A stretch of DNA of 63,997 nucleotides, filler included, from Perkinsus olseni (lineage: Eukaryota): assembly GCA_013115125.1 (NCBI GenBank). It is 18 parts of 18 records of this genome, joined end to end, with 100 filler letters (N's around TTAATTAATTAA, not from the genome) between each part and the next. Parts side by side here need not be neighbours in the genome. Positions count along the whole stretch, not along the records: positions 46,593 to 50,039 come from JABANN010001400.1; positions 50,140 to 53,570 come from JABANN010001401.1; positions 53,671 to 57,092 come from JABANN010001402.1; positions 57,193 to 60,613 come from JABANN010001403.1; 14 more parts are not named here. The stretch is one strand, 5' to 3'. Below the pieces are notes generated by a model. It did not search any database. It was given only the letters and a program-made list of their open reading frames with translations, and was not told the origin of the DNA. This document shows positions 48,910 through 60,465 of the stretch, piece after piece. The position numbers and the translations under genes are program-made. The stretch's first letter is position 1, and every line of letters begins with the position of its first letter.

Positions 48910-49473
48910 TCATACGGGGAAGAGAATGCGGCCGTTGGGGGCGCCGTTGCCACCACCACCGCCATCGCCACCGCCGTCACTGTCACCGTTGCCGCCTGGA
49001 CCGCCGCGCCCGCCATTGTTGTCAGCACCGTTGCCGCCCGAACCACCCCTGCCGCCACCACCGTCTCCGCCGGCTGCGCCGCCCCCGCCGCCTGGACCGC
49101 CGTTGCCGCCCTGATTGCTGCCACCGCGGCCACCAGAACCGCCGTCCCCGCCAGCAAAATGGCCGTTGCCGTTACCGCCATTACCGCCAGCACCACCGTT
49201 GCCGCCGGAACCGGCGTGGCCACCATTACCGCCGTTACCACCAGCACCACCGGCACCGCCTTGAAGGAGGCGGAGAGCATCGCTAGACAGGAAGCGACCG
49301 AGATCTAGAGCACCAATGACGGAGTCATCATGGAGCAAGTAGCGCTTTCTCGCGTCGTCATCCTGGGGGGCCTGGACGTTGAACATTTTCACAGCGGCAT
49401 GCAGAGGATCATCGTCTTGAATAGCAACGACGAGAGAGATGATGAGCAGAGCAGCCACGAAAGGGGAGTTCAT
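48910..49473 (-). CDS. Secreted glycine-rich (GGX-repeat) protein, 187 aa
   Basis: Signal peptide MNSPFVAALLIISLVVA, an acidic pro-like region ending RLLQ, then about 110 aa of GGA/GGN/GGD/GGR triplets. Confidence 0.85.
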   Translation of the reverse strand: MNSPFVAALLIISLVVAIQDDDPLHAAVKMFNVQAPQDDDARKRYLLHDDSVIGALDLGRFLSSDALRLLQGGAGGAGGNGGNGGHAGSGGNGGAGGNGGNGNGHFAGGDGGSGGRGGSNQGGNGGPGGGGGAAGGDGGGGRGGSGGNGADNNGGRGGPGGNGDSDGGGDGGGGGNGAPNGRILFPV

Positions 49474-50139
49474 GTGACAAGCTTGAACCTAATAGTGAAC
49501 TCGTCAAAGCTCTTATGTAAGTTTACTTCCCGACCGGAGTTATTGCCAGGTGAATGAATCTCCACGCTTGTTGGCACAAGCGGCCTGGATGAAATATATG
49601 CCGAAGATGAGCATGTTTCGCGCTGAGTTATAATCGATCATCCCACGCTGTATGGGACACACTGCACGCATGCAGTTGGCGCCACCGGTCGAATCGACCG
49701 AACGTATCGTCGAACTCGAAACGTAGTATTGAATGGGAAAAATCACGCGAAATGATCGTAGAAGAATAAGCAGGAACGTAACAGCGTTGAAGGATAAGCG
49801 GCTGCTGAGCGTACGAGTGAACGTGAAGAAATTTATGGAGAGAACACGGAAGTTAGCGCGGAGACAGCTCACGGGACATTACTAGCTCCGTGCGCGTACA
49901 GGATAGCTTGCCTAGACCTCTCTCAGGTCTCAAATGATCCGCATCGACTCCTCTCGGGAATAGAAATGTTGCCGAACCCCTTCGCCGCCCGCTCCACTCG
50001 GACTTGGGAGAACACTAGACACATTGGACATAGAGGTAANNNNNNNNNNNNNNNNNNNNNNNNNNNNNNNNNNNNNNNNNNNNTTAATTAATTAANNNNN
50101 NNNNNNNNNNNNNNNNNNNNNNNNNNNNNNNNNNNNNNN

Positions 50140-50228
50140 AACTCGCTAATGTGATGATATCATCCTCGACCCCCATATAGGCTACGGCAACGGCAACGGC
50201 CCTATCCGCCAAATAGGCTTCTGAATGG
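50140..50228. mobile_element. TA-flanked MITE, part 2
   Basis: Carries the same 24-bp TIR (50205-50228) followed by TA and overlaps part 1 by 41 bp in inverted orientation. Confidence 0.7.
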
Positions 50229-50355
50229 TATGTTGTTGAACAAATACTAGCCTCTTCTCCTTCTGTTAGAAGGAGCTTGAACGGTAGAGATTTCGCATCG
50301 AGTTGAAGACACCAGATGAACTCCAAATAAGCCGCTCAAGAAGAAGGCTTCTCAC

Positions 50356-51507
50356 CATTCTATCTGGTCCTCCGTGACGCATCCCCAGCCCTTCAACCCC
50401 ATGCAGTAATCGACCTCGGAGTCCAACATCCACAACACACCAGTCGGTCTGCCCTCCGCCGTCGAGTTCTCATAGACCGGTACGTAGTAGACAGACCCAC
50501 CACTGACTCCGGGAGGGGCTAAGATCAGGGGGAAGGGTGGTTCGGGTGCTCCGTGACTCTGATGATACCTTTCCTTGAGAGGCTCCACTCGCTGTGTGTA
50601 CTATCATAAGTTATGACGGACTTCCCATCGGGTTTAACTCCGGCGGGAAGATGGTCATGGTTGCCCAGTGTGAAGGCATACGGTATCTAAGATGGTGGAG
50701 ATGGGGCTACTAACGACCCCGCAGCCAATCCCAACCGCCATAATGGTGGCACCATTCTCTTAGCAATCACCTGGTGTTTCCTGACTGTGGCGGTAAAGCG
50801 GCCCCACTGTGTCTGGAACCATTCAGTACAGTTACGAAACAGCTTGCAGATGCCGGGAGCACTGTAATCAGAGTAGGCGTCACCGTTGAAGACTACCTGC
50901 GACACAGTAGTTCACTCATAGTCGAGGAGGACTCTCCGAAAGAGTTATCGTTGGCTCACCATGTCGGGCCGCTCAGCTTCCACGAGCGTCTCCTGGAATG
51001 CCTGAGCAACGGCAATGAACACTGCATCAATCATCCGCCACGGGGTCACCGAGCAAAAGCAACTCCGAGCAGAGCGGGTACGATATTCACCCGCTTCATA
51101 AAGCTGGCTTCCAGACCCGCTTTGCGCTCCTAACCATACTCACGAAGTAGCCGCTTTCGATGCGCCAAGTCGACAGGCGCTTCGCTACTCAGGTTCAAGT
51201 AGCAATTTCATCGTGTGAATTATGATCGGAGAACCGCCGGTAACAGATTTTATAGAGGTAACCAATCAAAGAGGTTTCACCACGATAAGCCCGCTCAGCC
51301 ATGCGGCACGATTGTCTTTTTATAGTAAGCCTTGCCTACGTCCGATCGACGGTCCTTGTCTTCCCCCTCGCCGTAGTGCAGATCGCTGAACACGAGTATC
51401 TTAAGTTCACCCGTGTTGTCGTTGAAATGCATCCGAGGTTTCCCCTCAGTGCCGACGAAGAGGGATGTGGTGACGAGAAGAGCCTTATGGACGCTCACGA
51501 GGTGCAT
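50356..51507 (-). CDS. Calcineurin-like metallophosphoesterase (Dcr2/PAP14-like), multi-exon, 3'-partial
   Basis: KILVFSDLHYGE, VVFNGD, IPYAFTLGNHD and LWMLDS...GWGCVTEDQIEW, with a hydrophobic leader. Confidence 0.9.
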
Positions 51508-53721
51508 GAAGTCACAAGTGACGCACTGACTTGACTCAGGAACACACTCATCCTCCGGTCCAATTTCCATTATTCCATCATTATCCGAGATGAGGAAGTA
51601 ATGCGGTTCGCCACCGCGGCTTATGAAGGCAAAAACTCCAGAGAGAATGCACAGCATACAAGCGTTCACGGTAGTGGCAAAATCAGTGTCACTGCAGGCC
51701 CTGCGACATCGGCACCAGTCCCCATGTTTGCGCGGCTTTTGCGTGCATTTGTCCCTTCACTAGCGTGCAACTAGTCACCCTCCCCTTGCCACTCTTTTGC
51801 GTACGACAGTGCATGCGAATGTGGTGTCAGACTCTGACAGTCAGAGTTACTCTCAGTTTTACTGGATGCACTCCGTACGGTCAGAGTACATTGTCCTTCC
51901 CACTTGAAACTCAACACTTTCAAGGCAAGCGTAGAGACGATGGCTTTTCATGCTGATTCACTAGTTCACGGGGGGCTGCTCCCACCTGCAGGCGAGAGAA
52001 GGCATGGACGTCTGCCGTCCTCGCCCAGCGAGACAAGCGCCGGAGAGACGATTCCTGTGAGCGTTGCAGCAGCCCTTCACAAGGAAAACTGTTGGCTTCT
52101 CGGGAATCCTAGTGCTATGTGAGTCACCTAGCACGAAGGTGAGCCACCTAAGGTGACGTGCTCCCATTCTTACCCGTGACGAGCGTACCGTCTCCTACTT
52201 CATCATGAGTAATGCTGGGGTACTACTCACGCCCGGCAACTCCCTCTGCTGAGCAGGCGCTACCTGATCACTGCAGTGCGCTCGATTAAGGTAGGGAATA
52301 TTCCCACAAGGTACGTGAATCGTCAACCTTCGCCTGAAGGCTGTCCATCTGTCGTCCTACTTCGAGCGTCTGTTGCTCTCCCCGAGTTGAGGCGATATCT
52401 AATGGACTTATGTGAAGCGGTGCCATTTTCTCACCACTCACTAATCGCTCTGAAGGCCTGCATGTACGTGGAGTGCAGTTCTTCATCGGCGACTCCACGC
52501 GGACGCCGCTCTAATGACTCTAGTTGGTCATGCAATTTGACGGTTTTTTCATCAGTTTCCGCTCTTATCCTCCCAAGCTACTCCAAAAGCCCCACAAGGG
52601 ACTGCCGAAGGAAGGCTGCTCTTTCCCGGACCTAGGGCGAGCTCCTCATGCTACTGCTGCGTTACCTGTCGAGACGCAGCTCCGATACGCGCGGTCATTT
52701 TTTCCTCAACTTCGTTCACCTCCGCCCTCACAGCGGCCAACTGAACAGGCCAACGCTGTCCAAGCAACAGCTACTGTGGCTACTTCTCATCGGGCCCGTT
52801 GCTCGCCCCTACGGCGCCGTGAGCTCTCGACCCTTAATGCTTCCCTGAGCCCTTCTACTGTGGTTGTCGAACTTCTGAGTTGACTCTTCAGCGAAAGGAT
52901 CTCTGAAGATTTGCACCAGTCGTGTTTTTTAAACCACCGAAAACCGATACGGGAGCAGTCGGGGTAACGTGATGGCGACCTTCTCGGAGAGGGCTCGACG
53001 CGACCCGAAGGATACTCACCCGTGGAGCTCGGGATTGCACACGCGTGCATGTTATCGGCAGTATCGGATACCATTCCTTTCACAACTCGTAATTCCAACG
53101 AGGTCTTCGGCTCGGCATCTCTTCGTGACGCCACAGCAGAGGGCAGCCAGTGTTCGAAAGTCGAAAGGACGGGGTCGGCCTGAAACGGGACAACCCTTCC
53201 CCCTGTGCTAGGTATTGTATCCCGGTGACCTCCCTGGCCCATTATCCCCCTTCTCACGAATGACTCTTTCTTAGAATCGTTCAAAGGTGCAGCACGAGCA
53301 GTTGCTCCCGTCGCGTCACGCTCCCGCTCCCGTCCGACAACTGTTTCTCATCGTCAGGGCCGCTTCCCTTTACACCAGCCTCAGTCTGTGCAACGCACAG
53401 CCTTGTGCATGCGTGCAGCGAAAGGTCCAAGGTTCGATTCCCAGCGGTCGCATATTCTTCGTCTTCGAACTGAGAGAGCGATACCATCTTTAAACTCGTG
53501 TTCTGGACGAGGGTCTGCGTGCAAGGCTTTACGCAAGTTGCAGGAAGACTGAAGTCCCACTCTACCGCTGNNNNNNNNNNNNNNNNNNNNNNNNNNNNNN
53601 NNNNNNNNNNNNNNTTAATTAATTAANNNNNNNNNNNNNNNNNNNNNNNNNNNNNNNNNNNNNNNNNNNNTACTTCGATCAATAATGTCTCCATCACACA
53701 AACGAGAGAGATTCTACACAA

Positions 53722-55840
53722 TCACGAGTTCGGACTCTCACAGCTCGCCCCCCAGAATCTCTTGAGGTTGGAGCAATGTTCTCGAACAACATCAGAGTCA
53801 CCATCATTATTATCAGCGTCTACAGCCGATCTCACCGGCCTCACATAAGTCGTGACACCATCTCCACCAAGACGGACCACCTCGTAGATCGTCTTATCCT
53901 GTCGCAGACGTCCACTGCGATCACTAGGCGGGACCCTTATCACGGTCGAGCCGACAGGAGGCTGACTAGGGACTCGGTTCGGGTCTTGGGGAGAATCTCT
54001 TCGTTCACGATCTTCTAAGACTTCCGACACCACCAGCTTCTGCTGCAGCTGCAGATTACGAGCAGCCTCATTATCCGGGGTCAGGTCAATCTGGGAAGAG
54101 TCCTCTTCAGCGGACAGCCGGGTCTCAAGTTCCTCTGGATAAGGTCGTCCGAACAGTATCTCGAAGGGCGATTTTCCTTCTGGGAGAGGCTTTGTGTTCA
54201 GCCGACGTGCCACCACCGGGATGAACCGACTCCAGCGACGGGTATCGGACTTGTTCAAACCACTGATGAAGCCTTTAACGGTAGACATTACTCGTTCACA
54301 TACTCCGTTGGACCACGGAGAATATCGGCTGACGCTCTGGGTACGGATACCCTCACTACTCATCTGCCTCTTAAATTGGCCCCGAAAGGCCGGGCCGTTA
54401 TCGGCCCGTAACACCACCGGCCGACCCCATAGGCACCAGATATCATGGAGAGCGTCGACAACGGACCGAGTAGAGGCATCCTTGAGAGCGCTCAGGACAA
54501 CAAAGCGACTCAGGTGACATATCGCCACCAGCACATACTGCATTCGAAAGACGTCCGCCTTCAGGGGACCAAGTAAATCGATGGAGACAACTTGCCAGGG
54601 CAACCGAGCTGAGGTATCCAAGTGACGCTTGATACTTCGTGACCGACGATAGGCAGCAACAAACTGGCACCGTACACATCGTCGGCACACGCGCTCGATA
54701 TCTCGTCTCATATGCGGCCATCTGAACGCACGCCCAATTCTCCATCGGGTATGTCGACTATTGGTGTGGCCGCCCTTCTCATGATAAAATAATATAATAG
54801 AGTCGATGATGCTCATATCATCAGTTGGTAGAAGATAGCACTCGTTGGGGATGGCAAGGATATCACCATATGGGTACCGTAACTCCACAAGTATACCATC
54901 GGCTGTCATGGAATAATACGGGCCACCGTACGCCTTCACACCGGAATAACGGCTTATGGAAGATGGTCTCTGAAGCACCCTATCAAAGACTCCTCGAAGA
55001 GAATGGGAACCTCGTTGCCAATCACGTAGCCACCTACGTGCCCGCTCCCCATTTTGAGTGGTGAGTTCCTTCGTCCCAACATCATGACGAGTAGCTTTCC
55101 ATGATCGAAAGGCTCTGAACAGCAATAAGTTATCATAGAGGTTGGTCAAGTCTTCACACTCCGCTCCTGCTGGGGCCTTCAAGGTGGGCTCTAGATCATC
55201 AGATGGCGCTTGACCAATACCATCATCAACGGCCGATATGACATCCGGAAAATTATCAATTTGGGTATCAGTACCGTACAGAGCTTCTACGAGTCCATGC
55301 TCGTATACTAGTCTACTCAGCTTATCAGACACCACATTGGACTCGCCCTTTATCTTCTCAACGGAGACTGGTACCTTATGCCGTCGCCACTCTTGCGATA
55401 GATCAGAGTAAATACCGACCAACCTATTAATAGCATGGCGCTCGAGAGTCTTACACAACACCTTGTTGTTCTGTACCCATCTCGCCGCTGCATTAGAGTC
55501 GACTTGGAAGCTGACAGTACAGGTCTTACCAACAGCTAGGGCGTCGGTAACCAATTCATCAACAAATAAAGCGGCATCGCATAAGCTGAATAATTCTTGA
55601 CGATTTATATGCCAATGTCGCTGCCCTTGCCGCCATATACGTGCACAGCTGTGCTCATAACATGACGAGGGCTTATTCTGACCATCAGTAACCTGCCAAC
55701 CGTACCCATATGGGCTAGCATCAGACGTCACTTTGAAGTCAAGCTTGTTACTACTTGCAAATCCATGTTTGCAGTCCTTAGTAAGCTCCTCTTCGATAAT
55801 GTCAACACACTTCTTGACAGCGGTTTCTTCTGTGTTGCCC
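53722..55840 (-). mobile_element. pol: Ty3/Gypsy pol: RNase H and integrase, 5'-truncated
   Basis: VTSDASPYGYG, INRQEL, IKGESNVVSDKLSR, HHCC finger (H..GGH...CVRC), IDLLGP, RADNGPAF and SNGVCER. The frame is open for more than 669 codons. Confidence 0.95.
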
Positions 55841-56131
55841 AGTCGAAGTCTTCGACTGTCGAAGTACTCGTATTCAATACGAGTACAGCTAGAGTAATTA
55901 ATCGTCTAGTTTTCTGCAGTCAGCCATTGGTCTAACTGGCGGACACTTCCAGCACATGGGGTCTCGATTCTGTGGTATGACGGTACACTAGCATCCGTGG
56001 TCGATGACTTCTTTTGCTTCCGACTCCTGAGTTGGCTAGTTCACTACAGTGAGAAGAAGTTCCATTTGCATCACCCACACAGTCAGTGACACTGAGCACG
56101 CAGGTAAGTGTGGTATTTCTCTTCTGTGTAG

Positions 56132-57092
56132 TGGGGACCCAGTCTTGAGGAGAGAGTTCACTACAGGCAGTGCGAAGTCTCGTCATCTCCTGGGGTTATC
56201 ACCGACGAGGTCTCGGTCACTACAACACCTTCTGAAGCTCCTGGTCGCGAGGACAAGGACGAGGAGACCACCACTCATGTGACCACACAAACGGCTGTCA
56301 TTGCCACCACTGCAGCTCTGGCTACGACCTCGGGCACTGAAGATACTACTGAGGCTTCGACTGTCGAGACGACAGCTGCCTCGGAGGTTACTAGTATGAC
56401 TACGGCTGTTGTCGACACCACAGAGTTGAGCACTCCAACCGTCGTTACCGACGAGTTTGATGTTACCACTGCGCCTGGTGAATCGCCTGGCCGTGACCAG
56501 AAGGATGATGACCAGACTACAACTGCCGAGGCTACTGTAGTTACCACTACAGCTGTTCCCATCGTGGATGTGACGACCCCTTCCACGTCCAGCGCTGATA
56601 CCCCCGTGGAGACTTCTGCCCCGGTCACGCCCCTGGCAACCTCCACCATGGCTCCCGTCACTGGCGAAGTGGTCGTTACCACCGAGGCCGGAGAATCTGC
56701 CGGCAGGGAGAAGGACGAAGGTNNNNNNNNNNNNNNNNNNNNNNNNNNNNNNNNNNNNNNNNNNNNNNNNNNNNNNNNNNNNNNNNNNNNNNNNNNNNNN
56801 NNNNNNNNNNNNNNNNNNNNNNGATGCTCCTGTAGAGACTACGACTGATGCTCCTGTAGAGACTACGACTGATGCTCCTGTAGAGACTACGACTGATGCT
56901 CCTGTAGAGACTACGACTGGTGCGACCCCCGAACCCACCAGCACGGCGGCCACCTCAGAGCAGATAACGCCAGCGGTTGTCACTAATGAGGCTACTGTCA
57001 CTACTCCTATCGACGAGGGGGACGGACGAGATCAGAAGGATGAATCGACCGAGACTACTCAGCCTTCTACTAAAGCTGTTATCTCAACAGTC
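56132..57092 (+). CDS. Thr/Glu-rich mucin-like protein exon, partial
   Basis: The frame opens after an acceptor AG at 56131 and is T/V/E/A/P-rich on both sides of the N gap. Confidence 0.75.
56823..56918 (+). repeat. 24-bp coding tandem repeat x4 (DAPVETTT)
   Basis: GATGCTCCTGTAGAGACTACGACT, four identical copies abutting the N gap, so the true number is probably higher. Confidence 0.95.
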
Positions 57093-57897
57093 NNNNNNNN
57101 NNNNNNNNNNNNNNNNNNNNNNNNNNNNNNNNNNNNTTAATTAATTAANNNNNNNNNNNNNNNNNNNNNNNNNNNNNNNNNNNNNNNNNNNNGAGAGGTG
57201 TTTCAACGAATGTTTAACGTTTCGCTAGGTTTGGGTATGGTTGATAACCATTGGTTGTTTTCGATTGTTGCAAATTAACTTGTAACTACTATCACTCAAG
57301 CCATCAAAAGTAAAACAAAGAAAGGTTATATCATGCCTAGTACTATCATTACTGATATTGTGGTATCATGTGATATCACTGATATTATCATGTGATTGGT
57401 CAACTGAACTACTCTACGCTAGACTACGGAGACTACACGATACAGCGAAATACAGCATACGATACAAGGAAAATATACAGTATACAGTATATTATACATG
57501 TATACAGTATACAAGGAAAACAATAGCATACGAGAAATAGGATCATAGATCAGATGAGCTCTCTGCCTCACTCTCATCAGGCAGGTCAACACCCATATTA
57601 CCAAGTTTGGTGGCGAAGAATAAAGATTTTAATCTCAAAACCTTCCTTCTCAGTTTTGCTGTTTTCAGCTCTTCCAGAAGCATACGATCTTCGAGGCTCT
57701 TAGTGTTACTATTTCTTTTCCTTCCAGCCGCTTTGACTGGAGGTTGCCACTTCGATCCTCGCGAAGGCTTGGGAAGGGGAGGAGGGAAACTGGAAGCTGA
57801 GGATGATTGCTGAGGTTTATTATCATCACCATGATTCTTCACCACTTCGATAACAGTACGTTCCCAGTACGATAACGATAACAGTACGATAACAGTA

Positions 57898-58074
57898 CGA
57901 GTTCGTTCCCAGGAACGTTCTTGAAGAACGTTCCTCAAGAACGTGTTTGATGAACATGCCTGAAGTTCATGCCCAGGAACGTTCCCGAAACTTTTCAGGA
58001 ACGTGTTTATTGAACACAATCGCAGGAACGTTCTTGAACAACGTTCTTCAAGAACGTTCCTGGGAACGAACTCG
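57898..58074. mobile_element. 177-bp foldback/MITE-like element
   Basis: Perfect 35-bp inverted arms CGAGTTCGTTCCCAGGAACGTTCTTGAAGAACGTT with many internal GAACGT motifs. No clear TSD. Confidence 0.75.
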
Positions 58075-58167
58075 CGCTTGTCTATTGAACAGCCCGAATG
58101 TCATACACAGATGTTCCCATAGATTGATCCATAATCGTGATGCGGATGTCTCATGTCCCCATTCATC

Positions 58168-58240
58168 GGTCCTGTAGCTCAGTGGTTAGAGCGACGGTCT
58201 TATGAGCCGTAGGTCGTGGGTTCGATCCCCGCCGGGACTA
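58168..58240 (+). tRNA. tRNA-Ile (anticodon UAU), intronless
   Basis: Full cloverleaf: acceptor GGTCCTG/CGGGACT, D-arm GCTC/GAGC, anticodon arm ACGGT-CTTATGA-GCCGT, T-arm GTGGG-TTCGATC-CCCGC. Confidence 0.95.
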
Positions 58241-59216
58241 TTCGTATATTGTTTTCGCGCACCGCTTGCGAATTTTGTGAGAATGGAGTCGAGGGAGTGG
58301 CGGCGACGATGGGAGGAGGATGCCTGCTATCAACAGAAGGAACATCATCCGATTCATCATAAAGATACGAAGTCGATGACTTAGACTTGGCCTTGGCCGT
58401 AGTCTTAGGTCTAGGGATTCTAGACGCGTTAGATGCGTTAGACGCGATAGACTCTGAATCACCAATCTTATTAGATCTAGTCACAACCATCCCGACTATT
58501 CTCAGCGCGACAAGATAAGTCTGATACAATTACTAGGATAAGCAGATAGTCAGTCATGACTCACGATAGTCAATCAACGACCAGATGCAGACGATAGAAT
58601 CCGAAGATTCGAGACTCTAAATCGGAGTTAGATCCAATTCGAAATTCACTTAATCGTAGATCCATCAGTGCCAGATATCCGAAACGGTTGGATATGAGGC
58701 GTGCGCCATCGTAGATGCGCCGATAAAATGTGGCTAATCAATGCGCGTGTAGCTGGGGCGAGCGAAGTGAGTCTTAGCGGAGCGTAGCAGTGATAGCATC
58801 AAAAGTTTGCCAACCAGCTCGGGCACGCATTCATTGTGTTGTGGTTGCGTGGGTTGCTATCAGCACCAGAGATTCTGGAGAGGTTTCCCTCCCTCCCACC
58901 CTTGGGTGATGGGTTCGAAAGTCGCTCACGTACGAAACGTTGTCTCGACTGGGATCTGTGGTCTGCTCCTTGATCCCATAGAACTCAGTAGTCACAGAGC
59001 GAGTTGAGCAAAGCTTTTGATGCAAGAACGTGTGATATTCGCTCCGCTTTCCCGGGTTGCCACAATTTCCGCGTCATCCTGCATTAATAACTACTTCGGC
59101 AGTCGTCGTAACGTCCATGATAGCTGCGATCACCATCATCATGGCGACCGTCTTGAGCTCGTCGTAGCAATAATCCCGCGGAGAACAGCTCCTGCCCTTC
59201 GCAGTTTCAGCAAAGA

Positions 59217-60465
59217 ATGGCTACCACTACCTCGTCACCATCATCACTGTCAGAGGGTATTTACTGGCTTCCGGATACTCCACTGCCCTCGGCCTCGGAT
59301 GCCATCGAGATTCGCCAGGCCCCGGGGGAAGTCCAGTTCAGCGAGGAAACTATGCGAGGTAGAAACGGGCTAGAGTGTCTCAGAATCTGCCTAGCCCCGG
59401 GGCTCCAGCGAACCTTCGGCCGTTCTTGCTTGCGTCAAATCCGTCTGGACCCAGGTTTGGGAACGGATTACACTGCTCACCGTAGGGTCAGTCGAGGGCC
59501 TCTCGGGATTGAATCACGCTGTAGATACGCAGAATTACTGGGACAATGTTGTTGCGCCGTCAAATCCCAGGACCTTCGACGGTCGCGTGTGGGGAGTGCG
59601 GCAATGGCGCGGAATCGGGCCGAACAAGCTGCAGGTTGAGCTGCAGAGGTCTTGGTATCGGTATCAGCTGTAAGAAGGGGTTGAGGTTCGGTTGCATTCT
59701 TATAGAGGTGGACAGTTGGCCCAATGAGAGACCGAACGTACCGCCCCAGCGAGCTTGTGGCTCTACTCTCACGGACGGTTGGCGGACTTCTGTCTACCAT
59801 TACCGTGCCACCGCTAGGTACCTCCACTTCTCTCCTCGGGCTCTCGAGATGAAGGAGAAGTTGAATCCATTCGGCTGTTGTGCGATCACTTTGGTGGATG
59901 GCGGTACGGCGATAATGGCTGGCAGGAGGTCCTCACAAGTCGCCTGCTGCCCCAACATGTGGCATCTCACGCCCGCTGGTAGGCCTGCCTTCCTCTTCCC
60001 ACGCTGATGATAGCACCTTCTCTCGCTGAGGAATGTGAACATGGATGTGCGGCGTCCCTGCCAGGTACAGTAGACGTCGACGACCCCGTTGCAGTGATAA
60101 GAAAAGAGATGCCGGAAGAACTTGGAGTTCCAGGAGACTCTCTCGACGTCCGCCTCCTCGGTAAGGTTACCGGTATTAAGGCCGCTCTTGACGGGGGTCC
60201 AGTTGATTACTATGCCGTTAGCACGTGGTCTGGTGCGCTGTTAAATACCAGTCATATCGATATCTGCGCTGCTGGATACACTTGGAATGCTGTCCTCCTC
60301 CTCCTCCTCCACCTTCTTGTTAGGTTTGTTCGACACAGGAGCTGAGCAGGCCCACAAGCCGGAATTAGTTTTTGTCATCGACTTGGGCTCTACCAAATCA
60401 TCAGATATTCTCGCGAGAACGAAGACGGAAGCCGTTGATAAGTGGGAGCATAGCAGAATCCAGGC
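59217..60465 (+). CDS. NUDIX-fold hydrolase (NUDT22-like), multi-exon, probably 3'-partial
   Basis: NPFGCCAI..., GRRSSQVACCPNMWHLTPAG|TVD...IRKEMPEELG (degenerate Nudix box), and HKPELVF...WEH. Confidence 0.65.

Noticed and set aside
48847-49308. Overlapping Ala/Thr-rich, Pro-rich and Ala/Val-rich ORFs
   Set aside because: These are shadow frames of the GGX repeat. Only the minus-strand Gly-rich frame has a signal peptide and a coherent start.
58168-58240. tRNA-Ile(UAU) lacking an intron and having G37
   Set aside because: An intronless CTTATGA-loop form is known in other eukaryotes such as plants, so it is not anomalous.
58200-58529. Minus-strand ORF running antisense into the tRNA (MVVTRS...)
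   Set aside because: It is low-complexity with a 9-bp tandem repeat and no diagnostic domain, and the overlap with the tRNA is probably incidental.
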